32,000 bases of DNA from Raphidiopsis brookii D9 (GCA_000175855.1 ACYB01000037.1:1-32000); one strand, 5' to 3'; positions 10,006 to 20,856 are shown, counted from the stretch's first letter. Numbers and translations are program-made. The notes: a model not told the origin generated them from the letters alone.

Positions 10006-10692
10006 ATGGTTGTAAATTTTGCCCCGACTACTGCTGGTAGAGAATACCTGAGACGAGTCTTTCAAGGACTTGATAAACAAAGTTGTCCCAAATTGTTCAA
10101 CTTCCATGCACACACGGTATTTTCTGATGGTAAATTGCATCCCCATATACTTATGGAACAGGCGATCACCATTGGCTTAAAGGGCTTAGCCATTACAGAT
10201 CATCATAGTGTTGAAGGATATGAAAAAGCGAAAAATTGGCTAGAAGAATGGCAATGGCATCATCCTTTTAGTCCTGTACCCCATCTATGGAGTGGGGTGG
10301 AAATTAATGCTGAATTACTAGATGTGGAAGTACACATTTTAGGTTATGGCTTTGAAGTGGGACACCATCGGATGAAACCCTATTTACAGCGGGAACCAAC
10401 TAGAGGGGAAGACCACAAAGCATTAAATGTTATTGCGGCTGTTCATGACGCTGGGGGAATAGCTGTACTTGCCCATCCAGTCCGTTACAAAAAATCACAC
10501 TTTGAATTAATACCCAAAGCAGCTGAGCTTGGTATTGATGGAGTAGAATCTTTTTATGCTTACAAAAATCCCATTCCCTGGGAACCCTGCCCTCAACCAA
10601 CTGCTGAGGTACAAATGTTGGCGGAGGAGTATAGCTTAGTTAGTACCTGTGGGACAGATACCCATGGATTAAACTTATTACAACGTTTGTAA
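10006..10692 (+). CDS. PHP-domain metal-dependent phosphoesterase
   Basis: 'FNFHAHTVFSDGKLHPHILMEQAITIGLKGLAITDHHSVEGY', 'GVEINAE', 'VLAHPVRY', 'GTDTHG'. Confidence 0.93.
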   Translation: MVVNFAPTTAGREYLRRVFQGLDKQSCPKLFNFHAHTVFSDGKLHPHILMEQAITIGLKGLAITDHHSVEGYEKAKNWLEEWQWHHPFSPVPHLWSGVEINAELLDVEVHILGYGFEVGHHRMKPYLQREPTRGEDHKALNVIAAVHDAGGIAVLAHPVRYKKSHFELIPKAAELGIDGVESFYAYKNPIPWEPCPQPTAEVQMLAEEYSLVSTCGTDTHGLNLLQRL

Positions 10693-10811
10693 TTGAGATT
10701 TGGGAAGAAATTGTTAAAATCTGATTTAGAAATTGCCATTGATATAAAAAAATGGTACAAGTGGTAGTACAAAAGAAAACCCTGATAAATTAAACACTGG
10801 GATATTCTGCA

Positions 10812-11693
10812 ATGATTACAGCAACTGCTAATAGTAAGTTCGACTTTGAAGACGAAAAATTTAATGCCCCACCTTCCCAAGTTCTCCCTTGGTGTCAAAT
10901 GATCAATCCTCGCTACGGGGAGGACGGGTTACAAAGTTATGGTTTGGCTATTAAACAAGATAATGCCCAAGCTGTAGGTTTCAAACCAGATGATAATTGG
11001 CAAGAGATAGAATACGAATTTGGATCCGGGGATGTGGATACGGTCTACATTACCACCACTCCCAGGTTGGTGATTATTCGTAGAGGACCTTTGTCAGTTC
11101 AGGACCGAGAAACAAAAATTAGGTTAGGTACTTTCAAAGACTACAAAGATGATTTTTTAGCGAATAAACTTAAATTTAAAATCTATACTCGCCATCTGAT
11201 TTTTTTAGTTGGCGAAAATAAAAAGTTTTTACACCATTCACCTTTACAATTGACCCTGAGTGGTGTGTCAGGTGCTAGTTTTGGTAAGAGTTATGCTGAA
11301 TATCAACAAGGTAAACTCTCGGGAGGTTTTGCGGGAGAATTAGAAAAGGCTTATGCTGGATTTCAAAAGAAATCCCCAGTTTCCAAAGGCTCTTTGTTTC
11401 ACGCCCATGGGATTTTTTGCCCCATCATTGAGTGCGAAGAAAGAGGTGTGGAACCAAATATTATTCCAGTTGCTTGTACGGTGGATTATAAACATCCTAC
11501 CCCTTCTACCTTGACTGATTATATGATTGCCTCAGATTCCCCAGAATCCCAAATCATTTGTCGCACTTTTGAAGAACATAAAGAATTCGGTAAGGAAGCA
11601 ATAAAACCGGAAATTTCTAAGGGAGAAGTTCCCGGTGTTACCAGTTCCTATGTTTACGCTGATGATGAGGATTTTGCCTATCCTCCCTATTAA
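10812..11693 (+). CDS. DUF5895-like conserved cyanobacterial protein
   Basis: 293 aa; 'PPSQVLPWCQMINPRYGEDG...YGLAIKQDNAQAVGF' resembles this family from memory; function unknown. Confidence 0.65.
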   Translation: MITATANSKFDFEDEKFNAPPSQVLPWCQMINPRYGEDGLQSYGLAIKQDNAQAVGFKPDDNWQEIEYEFGSGDVDTVYITTTPRLVIIRRGPLSVQDRETKIRLGTFKDYKDDFLANKLKFKIYTRHLIFLVGENKKFLHHSPLQLTLSGVSGASFGKSYAEYQQGKLSGGFAGELEKAYAGFQKKSPVSKGSLFHAHGIFCPIIECEERGVEPNIIPVACTVDYKHPTPSTLTDYMIASDSPESQIICRTFEEHKEFGKEAIKPEISKGEVPGVTSSYVYADDEDFAYPPY

Positions 11694-11708
11694 GTCGCTT
11701 AGACTTTT

Positions 11709-12998
11709 TTAATTCCCTTTGTTAACTTTTTGGCACGGACTAGCTTTGGTCTCTTCCTTGAGCAGTAAGTAGTACAATGTACCGTTGTTACCCGTGACTC
11801 CAGCGCGATCGCCTGCTACTTTCCCGGTTCCTATGAAGTAGTCTACTCGACCGGGTCCTTTAATCGCACTACCCGTGTCTTGGTCTAGGACAAATCTATC
11901 CACCCGGCGGTTTTCTGTTCTGTTGTTACCTACAACAAAGGGAAAAGAGCTATTAATTAACGCTAATGCGCCCGGGGGCATAAGGGACTTATCTGTAGCA
12001 ATAGAACGCTCTGCAGTTACGGGAACACCCAGACTACCCGTAGCTGGATTGCCATTGGTTTCTCTAAAAAATACAAACCTTTCCCAGCGGGGTAAGTAGT
12101 TATCCATTTCTAGGGGATTAGCACGGAAATAACTGAGTAATTGTGGCATGCTACCACCAGTTAGTTTGCCATCTTTTACCAGTTCCCTACCTATACTCGT
12201 CCAAGGGTAGTCTGTACCCCCCGCAAAACCTATGGAGGTTCTTGTTCCATCAGTTAGTATAATTTGGGCAGATCCTTGAATTTGAATGATGTATGGATCC
12301 AGGCGATCGCTAAACCAGAGTAGTTCCAATCCGTTTAATTTGCCCTTATTCCCTTGTAAACCATCTTTCCCCTCTAAGTCAACCCTTTTAGGATGAGGTT
12401 TTGTCCATTGTTTAAAATCCGGTGGAATCCTGTATATGGGATATTGATACATAGCTGTGCGTTCCCGACTAGCTACATACTCAGGTTCATAATAAGCAGT
12501 AAATTTTACCGTACCATTGCCATCGTTACCTATAGACTGGTAGAAGACGAACTCGCGGTTCACAGCTGCTTGTAACTCTGCTGCTGACCGGGAATTTACC
12601 ACTAGTTCCCGAAACCGTAATAAACTGCGACGCACCCTGTCTAAACTAATTTCCTTAACGGCGTAATTCGCGTATGCTTGAACCGCTCTATTAGTGCTTA
12701 GATAATTTAAACTCAGATCAATAGCAGTTAATAAAGACTGGCGATCGCCATTTCTTCCCCATAGTTGTTCATCCCAACCTAGGCATCTTTGAGAATTGCA
12801 GGCGCTTTCTGATGTGATTAGTTGTAGCGGTGGGACAACCGGGGGGGGAGTATTTATTACCTCTGGAGTATTGATCACGGGAACTTGTATGGGTATTGGT
12901 TTTGGACTCGGTGTGTTTTGAGCCATAACTGAAACTACGGGACTTGCAAGAGTAATTCCCAGACCCAAGAAAAAGAAACCAAAAGTTTTGATGATCAT
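11709..12998 (-). CDS. mltA: MltA-type membrane-bound lytic murein transglycosylase; start chosen at MIIKTFGFFF (ORF open to 13127)
   Basis: 'FTAYYEPEYVASRERTAMYQYPIY', 'IQIQGSAQIILTDGTRTSIGFAG...YPWTSIGRELV' and 3D-like C-term 'VDRFVLDQDTGSAIKGPGRVDYFIGTG..AGDRAG'. Confidence 0.9.
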   Translation of the reverse strand: MIIKTFGFFFLGLGITLASPVVSVMAQNTPSPKPIPIQVPVINTPEVINTPPPVVPPLQLITSESACNSQRCLGWDEQLWGRNGDRQSLLTAIDLSLNYLSTNRAVQAYANYAVKEISLDRVRRSLLRFRELVVNSRSAAELQAAVNREFVFYQSIGNDGNGTVKFTAYYEPEYVASRERTAMYQYPIYRIPPDFKQWTKPHPKRVDLEGKDGLQGNKGKLNGLELLWFSDRLDPYIIQIQGSAQIILTDGTRTSIGFAGGTDYPWTSIGRELVKDGKLTGGSMPQLLSYFRANPLEMDNYLPRWERFVFFRETNGNPATGSLGVPVTAERSIATDKSLMPPGALALINSSFPFVVGNNRTENRRVDRFVLDQDTGSAIKGPGRVDYFIGTGKVAGDRAGVTGNNGTLYYLLLKEETKASPCQKVNKGN

Positions 12999-13083
12999 TT
13001 TTGCTGTGTGTACACCAGGAACAAAGTAATTATTATCAGTACCAATATAGCACTCCTCAGAAGTTGGTATATGATTTCCACAG

Positions 13084-13854
13084 CTATCCAAAAAGTCTAA
13101 ATCGTGAGAGTTTGCTTTCAATAGCAACAGTTAAAAATTGCTTAATCTCATCTGCATCAGCAAATTCTGCTATATGCTCCGCACTTAAATCAAAGGGAAA
13201 TTGTCCCTCCAATTCTGGACGATGGACATGCACGAATATAATTTGTTCTGTTCGCTTGTGTTCAAGCGCGTAACCTATTTCTATACAAACATTGGGACTG
13301 GGAATTAACTCAGAGAAATCTTTCCCCTCAATGCTAGTAATCGGTGTGGTATCAGCAATGAACAACAGACTCTTACGGATCTTCCGCATAATTGTGCGGT
13401 TTAATCTTAAAGGTTTATTTCTTGACCGGGATGATTCTATCAGTGTTAAGGGCACCCGGGACCTGCTATTTAGGGTTTTTATGGTTTCCTGTAGGTTCTC
13501 CCTGAATAGGTCACTGGACCTTGCATACTCGGTTTGAAAGGAGAAAAAAATAGTTGGTTCTAACTGTGATAACAAACTTTGTTTTGTCAAGTAAATTTCA
13601 TGACTAATCAAATCAACATTAGCTACAGAATAACCACCACTACCCTCAATATAAAATTCTATGGAATCACCTTCCAAATACTGTTTAAACCAGGTTGCTG
13701 TTCTTACCTGGTCAGCATCTTCCAAAAAATCAGCCCGCAAACCAGACTTGAGCAAACTTTTCTTACTCAAACGAATGTCTGGGGGTCGTTTTTCCAACTC
13801 TGTAATTGGTTCATAATCCTGTATATACCATGCTCTGAGCGCAATTATTGACAT
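13084..13854 (-). CDS. protein with a uncharacterised N-terminal ~90-aa region and a C-terminal TIR-like/predicted nucleotide-binding domain
   Basis: C-term 'PTIFFSFQTEYARSSDLFRENLQETIKTLN' followed by 'SPNVCIEIGYALEHKRTEQIIFVHVHRPELEGQFPFDL' matches the TIR-like pattern (strand, S.., ..PNV.xE.GYA). Confidence 0.65.
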   Translation of the reverse strand: MSIIALRAWYIQDYEPITELEKRPPDIRLSKKSLLKSGLRADFLEDADQVRTATWFKQYLEGDSIEFYIEGSGGYSVANVDLISHEIYLTKQSLLSQLEPTIFFSFQTEYARSSDLFRENLQETIKTLNSRSRVPLTLIESSRSRNKPLRLNRTIMRKIRKSLLFIADTTPITSIEGKDFSELIPSPNVCIEIGYALEHKRTEQIIFVHVHRPELEGQFPFDLSAEHIAEFADADEIKQFLTVAIESKLSRFRLFG

Positions 13855-14303
13855 AAACCGCTGTTGACATTATTGAAACTCTCTGCGATCGCTAATTATA
13901 TCACAAAAATAGGGGAAAATCAGTACAGAATTACCATCAGGAAAAAGTTATATCCACACAGCGCAACACCCAACATCTACCGACTTGGTGATTCCCTACT
14001 TTTGCTGAATCCTATCCAGGGATGCGCCTGCTTTCACCACCTTGATCTACTAAGGAATGAATACTGGCCACATTACCCCCTTTACTAACTTGAGGGAATA
14101 CAAGCACTCGCGTTGGGCGTTGTGGTGTTCAGACGAGACAGATTGTAATTCAACAGCGTTTTTAACCTCTTACTACTTTTTGACTCTAACTCTAGCTGTT
14201 CGATCTGCCAGGGAAGCTTCTTTTTTAGCTTCAACTATAGAATAGCACCTTTAAATTAGAGTTACCAGAGATTTGCCATTTTGGTAACAAAACGTAATAT
14301 TCT

Positions 14304-14762
14304 TCAATTACGCCGCAAACCGAACCGAATTTGGTTTCGTATACCCATGAGAATTTTCCCAAGATGGTTTTCTCCTGTCTTATCAGCACCACAACCCCAG
14401 AAATAATCTATCGGTGAGTTTTCTACTAATGTTTCATCTCCCGTTCCCAACAAAACCTCCTGGATTTCCTGATGGCTGAGAAATTTCTGCCAAACTGCTG
14501 TTTTCATCACATCAATTTTAATCAAATTCCAGTCTGGACGTGATTTACGTGTTTCACATCTTCCTAAAGCAGCAGCCATTTCAGGAGTGGGAGCACTGCG
14601 AATTAGAGGTATAATGACATTGTCCTCGGTGTGAACAAATTTTTGCGCCTGATAATAATGTTCAACAGTTGCCCAGTAAACACCGTGAATTTCAATCGGA
14701 TGGGGGGAAAAGTTGGAGAAACAGCCATAAGGTTCCCAAACTTTGTAAAAATAAATTGTCAT
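14304..14762 (-). CDS. NADAR (YbiA/DUF1768) family protein
   Basis: 'GCFSNFSPHPIEIHGVYWATVEHYYQAQKF' and 'DYFWGCGADKTGENHLGKILMGIRNQIR' are canonical NADAR motifs. Confidence 0.95.
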   Translation of the reverse strand: MTIYFYKVWEPYGCFSNFSPHPIEIHGVYWATVEHYYQAQKFVHTEDNVIIPLIRSAPTPEMAAALGRCETRKSRPDWNLIKIDVMKTAVWQKFLSHQEIQEVLLGTGDETLVENSPIDYFWGCGADKTGENHLGKILMGIRNQIRFGLRRN

Positions 14763-14993
14763 TTGAAAATTACTCCAAGCTTTTGTTGATAAGTATTGAG
14801 ACTTATTATTAATATATTATACCCAATTACACCCATAGCTACTCTCCAAAAAACTATATAGCTCAGGGAATCTCAGGCGATCGCCCACCCATTCCCCACC
14901 CCTATATTTTGTCAGCTACTTGCTATACCTTCCCTATTCCTGTACAATTTCCCAAAAGTCAGTTGCAAGATGTCTATTAAAAATACGATAGTT

Positions 14994-15605
14994 ATGGGCA
15001 ATAATACTTGGGAAAAAACAACATGGGAATGGGAATTATATTTGTTCAATCAGCGAATACAACAATGGTTAGAATACCAATACTCTCAACTTTTTAAAAA
15101 CATCCCAGAAAATTCAAGATTGTCCATTAGTGAACAAATCCTGAAAATTCTACAAGTATTATTTTGGCTGATATTGGTTTTATTCTTGGCTTGGGTAATT
15201 TGGCGTTTATGGCAAGAATTTTACCCGGAAATACATACCTGGTGGAAAAATCTGAATTCTCCCTTTGGTCATCCCTCGATCCCTGATTCTCCTCCTCAGC
15301 TCTCTGGCAATTTCCTATTGGCTAAATCTCAAGAATTTTACCACCAGGGTGACTATCAAAAAGCCTGTCAGTTCCTATATTTTTCCATGCTGCAACAATT
15401 GCACGAAAGAGCGATCGCCCTTCAACAACCAAGTCGCACCGATGGAGAATATTTACAACTGCTCCTGGGCACTGTTGCTTCCATTCAACCCTATGAGACT
15501 TTAATTACTACTCATGAGCAGTTATGCTTTAGTAAGCATAAGATTTCAGCTGAGAATTATCAACACTGTCTTCATTCTTATCAAGAATTATTCAACTCTC
15601 CTTAA
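14994..15605 (+). CDS. membrane protein with DUF4129-like C-terminal domain; start chosen at MGNNTW (ORF open from 14970)
   Basis: TM segment 'ILQVLFWLILVLFLAWVIWRLW'; C-term 'AKSQEFYHQGDYQKACQFLYFSMLQQLHERAI...RTDGEYLQLL'; operon context. Confidence 0.8.
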   Translation: MGNNTWEKTTWEWELYLFNQRIQQWLEYQYSQLFKNIPENSRLSISEQILKILQVLFWLILVLFLAWVIWRLWQEFYPEIHTWWKNLNSPFGHPSIPDSPPQLSGNFLLAKSQEFYHQGDYQKACQFLYFSMLQQLHERAIALQQPSRTDGEYLQLLLGTVASIQPYETLITTHEQLCFSKHKISAENYQHCLHSYQELFNSP

Positions 15606-15607
15606 TT

Positions 15608-16723
15608 ATGCTCCCCCTTAAACGTCGAATTTATCTAAGTGCGATCGCCTTGGTAATGGTGATCTTGGTTATTTTCAGCTTTACTCCTAGTCAGAATATC
15701 AAAAATGGTTCTAGTTATAATCGCGGTCCAGAAGGCTATGCTGGTTGGTATACTTTTATGCAAAATCAAGGGGTGAAGATCCAGCGATGGCAAAAGCCTT
15801 TTGTAGAAATTGAGCCAGTAACCAAACCAGTAACCTTGATTCAGGTCAATCCTGAATTAGTGCAAATCAACCGAAATTTGGTAGAAGGCAATTTTGAAGC
15901 TCAACAACTAAAATGGATAGAGCAAGGTAATACATTAGTTATTTTAGGGATCAAACAACCATCAACAGCAGCAGAATTTACTACCTATCAAGAATCACCC
16001 TTGGGTAGGGTCAAGATTGACACTAGCAGAAGATATGTTGAACCTACTCAGGAAGAAGTTTTATTGGGAGATCGTTTTGGTGCTGTGGTTTGGCAGTGGA
16101 AATCTGGTAAAGGAAAAGTAATATTTGCCACTACTATCCATCTCGCTGCCAATGCTTACCAAGATGAAGCCAACTTTAAGTACTTAGCAAAATTAGTTAC
16201 TGATGGGAGTGAAAAAATTCTTGTAGATGAATATATTCATGGATATAAAGATGTTAATCGAAACACTAATTATCAGGACAAGGAAGGAAATTTATTAGAT
16301 TACTTCGCCAAGACTCCATTATTTCCAATGCTATTACAATTAAGTATAGTAGTAATATTATTAATTTGGTCTGGCAATCGTCGTTTTGGTAGAGCTATCA
16401 AGCTAGATCTACCGATTACAGAGAACAGTCGGGCTTATATTCAAGCATTAGCAGCAGTTTTACGCAAAGCCCAATCTAGTGATTTTGTTTTAGAAATGAT
16501 TGGCAAAGAAGAGCAGTTGCAACTACAAAAGGTATTAGGAATGGGAAACACACCAGTAAACCAAGAGGATTTAATTAAAACTTGGCAACAACAAACTGGT
16601 AAAAGTCCAGCGGAGCTAGAAGAATTACTAAAAGTACAGACCAGCAAACAACGTATTAGTGAAAAGAACCTGTTAAACTGGTTAGCTAAATGGCAAAGTC
16701 TACGGAAAAATCAATCCATCTAA
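15608..16723 (+). CDS. DUF4350-domain membrane protein
   Basis: N-term TM, 'GPEGYAGWYTFMQNQGVKIQRWQKPF', 'GNTLVILGIKQP', second TM 'MLLQLSIVVILLIWSG'; 2-nt gap from the preceding gene. Confidence 0.8.
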   Translation: MLPLKRRIYLSAIALVMVILVIFSFTPSQNIKNGSSYNRGPEGYAGWYTFMQNQGVKIQRWQKPFVEIEPVTKPVTLIQVNPELVQINRNLVEGNFEAQQLKWIEQGNTLVILGIKQPSTAAEFTTYQESPLGRVKIDTSRRYVEPTQEEVLLGDRFGAVVWQWKSGKGKVIFATTIHLAANAYQDEANFKYLAKLVTDGSEKILVDEYIHGYKDVNRNTNYQDKEGNLLDYFAKTPLFPMLLQLSIVVILLIWSGNRRFGRAIKLDLPITENSRAYIQALAAVLRKAQSSDFVLEMIGKEEQLQLQKVLGMGNTPVNQEDLIKTWQQQTGKSPAELEELLKVQTSKQRISEKNLLNWLAKWQSLRKNQSI

Positions 16724-16756
16724 ATTCACCCCTAGGAATAGATACAATAAAGACAC

Positions 16757-17707
16757 ATGAGCATAACACATTCAGCCGTAATTAACCTGGGAAAAGAAGT
16801 AAGCAAGATTATTGTGGGACAATCAGGTTTAATCAAGCAATGTTTAATTGCATTCTTAGCAGGTGGTCACATAATTTTGGAGGGAGTTCCCGGAACTGGA
16901 AAAACTTTGTTGGTTAAAGTTTTGGCACAACTGATTCAAGGAGAGTTCAAAAGAATCCAACTGACACCAGATGTGTTGCCATCCGATATCACAGGTACCA
17001 ATATTTTTGATTTAAACACCCGCAACTTCTATTTGAGGAAGGGACCGATTTTTACAGAAATCTTACTTGCTGATGAAATTAACCGTACTCCCCCAAAAAC
17101 CCAAGCTGCATTACTAGAAGCTATGGAAGAATTACAGGTGACCCTAGATGGTGAAAGTTTACCATTACCCGATTTATTTTGGGTGGTTGCTACCCAAAAC
17201 CCCCTAGAATTTGAAGGGACCTATCCCCTACCAGAAGCTCAATTAGATCGGTTTCTATTTAAACTAGTGGTAGGTTATCCAGATCAAGTAGCGGAAAAAC
17301 AAATGTTGTTTAATCGTCAATCTGGTTTTACAGGAAGAAGAATAGACATTTCTAATTTAAATCCAGTTACCACTGTAAACAATATACTACAAGCTAGACA
17401 AGCTGTAAAACAGGTGAATGTAGCTGAAGCTATAGTGGATTATATTCTAGAAATAGTGAGTAAGACCCGTAAACATCCTGATTTAGCCCTAGGCGCATCT
17501 CCCCGTGCTGCTGGAGCTTGGTTACAAACATCCCAAGCATGCGCTTGGCTTGCTGGTAGAGATTTTGTCACCCCCGATGATGTGAAAGCAGTTGCTGCTC
17601 CCCTATTGCGTCACCGTTTGATTTTAAACCCAGAAGCAATGTTAGATGGCTCAAAAATTGATTCGGTCATAACCACTGTAATTAATCAAGTTCCCGTTCC
17701 TAGATAG
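16757..17707 (+). CDS. MoxR-family AAA+ ATPase
   Basis: 'GHIILEGVPGTGKTLLVKVLA' Walker A, 'EILLADEINRTPPKTQAALLEAMEE', 'VVATQNPLEFEGTYPLPEAQLDRF'. Confidence 0.97.
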   Translation: MSITHSAVINLGKEVSKIIVGQSGLIKQCLIAFLAGGHIILEGVPGTGKTLLVKVLAQLIQGEFKRIQLTPDVLPSDITGTNIFDLNTRNFYLRKGPIFTEILLADEINRTPPKTQAALLEAMEELQVTLDGESLPLPDLFWVVATQNPLEFEGTYPLPEAQLDRFLFKLVVGYPDQVAEKQMLFNRQSGFTGRRIDISNLNPVTTVNNILQARQAVKQVNVAEAIVDYILEIVSKTRKHPDLALGASPRAAGAWLQTSQACAWLAGRDFVTPDDVKAVAAPLLRHRLILNPEAMLDGSKIDSVITTVINQVPVPR

Positions 17708-17708
17708 T

Positions 17709-19028
17709 ATGATTCCAGCTAAAAAAGTTTATTTCTTATTGAGTTTAGGAATAGTTATTTCACCCATTTTATCGGTGATTGTGGGTATTTACCAAAGTAT
17801 TACCCTCACCCTACTATTTGATTTGGTGGTCATGGCACTGATGGTCATTGACTGCTTCAATATCAGAAAACATCGGGTCAAAATTAGTCGTCAATTACCT
17901 CTACGTTTATCTATTGGACGTGATAACTTAATAATATTGAACGTAGAGTCTGGGAATGTCAATAGTGCTATTCAAATTCGTGATTACTATCCTACAGAAT
18001 TTCCCGTATCCACATCTAACCTGGTAGTTAACCTTCCCCCTAATCATACTCAGGAAGTAAAGTACACCATTCGACCTAATCAACGGGGAGAATTTTGGTG
18101 GGGAAATATTCAAGTTCGACAGCTGGGAAATTGGGCTCTAGGGTGGGACAATTGGCAAATTCCCCAAAAAACTGTGGCTAAGGTGTATCCTGATTTGTTA
18201 GGACTCAGATCCCTCGCTATTCGTTTAACCCTACAATCTTCTGGATCTATCACTAAATTGCGTCAACGGGGAATGGGAACGGAATTTGCTGAACTCCGTA
18301 ATTACTGCATGGGGGATGACCTGCGGTTAATTGATTGGAAAGCTACAGCTAGACGTGCTTATGGAAATGTGAGTCCCCTAGTAAGAGTTCTAGAGCCTCA
18401 ACAGGAACAAACTCTGCTTATATTATTAGATCGTGGTAGACTAATGACAGCTAATGTACAAGGGTTAAAACGATATGATTGGGGTTTAAATACCACCTTG
18501 TCTTTGGCATTAGCAGGATTATATAGGGGCGATCGCGTGGGGGTAGGGATATTTGACTCTCAGGTACACACCTGGATACCTCCTGAACGAGGACAAAATC
18601 ACCTCAATCAACTTATAGACAGACTTACACCTATTGAACCAGTGTTAGTGGAGTCTGATTATTTAAATGCCATTACCTATGTGGTAAAACAAAAGACTCG
18701 TAGATCTCTAGTAGTGTTAATTACTGATTTAGTCGATGTTACTGCTTCCCATGAACTACTAGTAGCGCTGTGTAAATTAGTGCCTCGATATCTACCTTTT
18801 TGTGTAACACTCAGGGATCCTGGGATTGATCAAATAGCTCATACTTTTAGTCAAGACTTAACACAGGCTTATAATCGAGCAGTTTCTTTGGACTTGATAT
18901 CACAAAGAGAAATTGCTTTTGCTCAGTTGAAACAACAGGGAGTTTTGGTGTTGGATGCACCAGCAAATCAAATTTCCGAGCAGTTGGTGGAAAGGTACTT
19001 ACAAATCAAAGCCAAAAATCAGATTTGA
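17709..19028 (+). CDS. DUF58-domain protein (vWA-like)
   Basis: 'GTEFAELRNYCMGDDLRLIDWKATARR' is the DUF58 signature; two N-terminal TM segments; adjacent to MoxR. Confidence 0.95.
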   Translation: MIPAKKVYFLLSLGIVISPILSVIVGIYQSITLTLLFDLVVMALMVIDCFNIRKHRVKISRQLPLRLSIGRDNLIILNVESGNVNSAIQIRDYYPTEFPVSTSNLVVNLPPNHTQEVKYTIRPNQRGEFWWGNIQVRQLGNWALGWDNWQIPQKTVAKVYPDLLGLRSLAIRLTLQSSGSITKLRQRGMGTEFAELRNYCMGDDLRLIDWKATARRAYGNVSPLVRVLEPQQEQTLLILLDRGRLMTANVQGLKRYDWGLNTTLSLALAGLYRGDRVGVGIFDSQVHTWIPPERGQNHLNQLIDRLTPIEPVLVESDYLNAITYVVKQKTRRSLVVLITDLVDVTASHELLVALCKLVPRYLPFCVTLRDPGIDQIAHTFSQDLTQAYNRAVSLDLISQREIAFAQLKQQGVLVLDAPANQISEQLVERYLQIKAKNQI

Positions 19029-19307
19029 CTCCTGGAATCATCTTTTTAGGTAGATTATCATAAGCTCCCGCACTTAATAGCTAAGACATGCCCAAACGCA
19101 TTAATAATGCTGGTCCCTGCCAATCTGATATCTACTATATTTACTATATGATCATGATCTCCGGATTGGCCTGCTTACCGGATGTAAAAGCGTTAATTGG
19201 CAATTAGGGCGATCGTCTCTTGTCGGTAACTTATTACCCGGAAACCCCTGCTACATAATAGCAAAATCCCTAATTGGCAAATTTATTAAATTTTTTGTAG
19301 AAACCCC

Positions 19308-19336
19308 TTTACAAAACTAAATATTTATCTTAATAT
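19308..19336 (+). promoter_or_regulatory. psbA promoter candidate
   Basis: TTTACA (19308-19313), 17-nt spacer, TAATAT (19331-19336), 70 bp before the psbA ATG. Confidence 0.6.
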
Positions 19337-19375
19337 AAGTTCACAAGGTAAAAACACCTAGCCAAACATACATAA

Positions 19376-20488
<1,113 letters not shown>

Positions 20489-20500
20489 TAATCAATACTG

Positions 20501-20538
20501 GTAAATCAAAAGCTCCTCACTGGTTGGGGGGCTTTTTT
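20501..20538 (+). terminator. Rho-independent-like terminator after psbA
   Basis: AAAGCTCC ... GGGGCTTTTTTT stem with one G-U pair, followed by a T run. Confidence 0.75.
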
Positions 20539-20815
20539 TATGGGGTAGGATCACTGATCGGTTCATTCTCAATTGTTACACCTTTTGATCCCCCCAACCC
20601 TTTAAAAAAGGGCGCTAGATGCTTTTAAGTAATTTATATTTTATTTATATATGTTTTTTCTAGAAGTTAATGAGCGATCGCAATCCAACCCATGTTCCAA
20701 CCAACATCCCTCCTCAAAACCACAAATAAAAACCCGACTTTGGCTCACCCACTCACCGATAATAATTTACCTCATTTTGTAGTTTAAATACATGAAAATA
20801 GCTGTAAACACAAGG

Positions 20816-20856
20816 TTGACAAGAAATTTAGAATATTGTACAATATAGTTGTACAA
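20816..20856 (+). promoter_or_regulatory. promoter/operator of the fused toxin-antitoxin gene
   Basis: TTGACA (20816-20821), 17-nt spacer, TACAAT (20839-20844); two TTGTACAA palindromes at 20836-20843 and 20849-20856. Confidence 0.8.

Noticed and set aside
10593-10898. Minus-strand ORF 10593..10898
   Set aside because: It spans the end of the PHP gene and the start of the DUF5895-like gene in antisense; no protein-like motif.
13292-13851. Plus-strand ORFs 13292..13537 and 13579..13851
   Set aside because: Antisense shadows of the TIR-like coding sequence.
13864-14245. ORFs 13864..14088 and 14057..14245 (+), and a possible decayed minus-strand gene
   Set aside because: No family or RBS support. 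The minus strand gives a short 'SIVEAKKEASLADRTARVRVKK' then stops, too weak to call a pseudogene.
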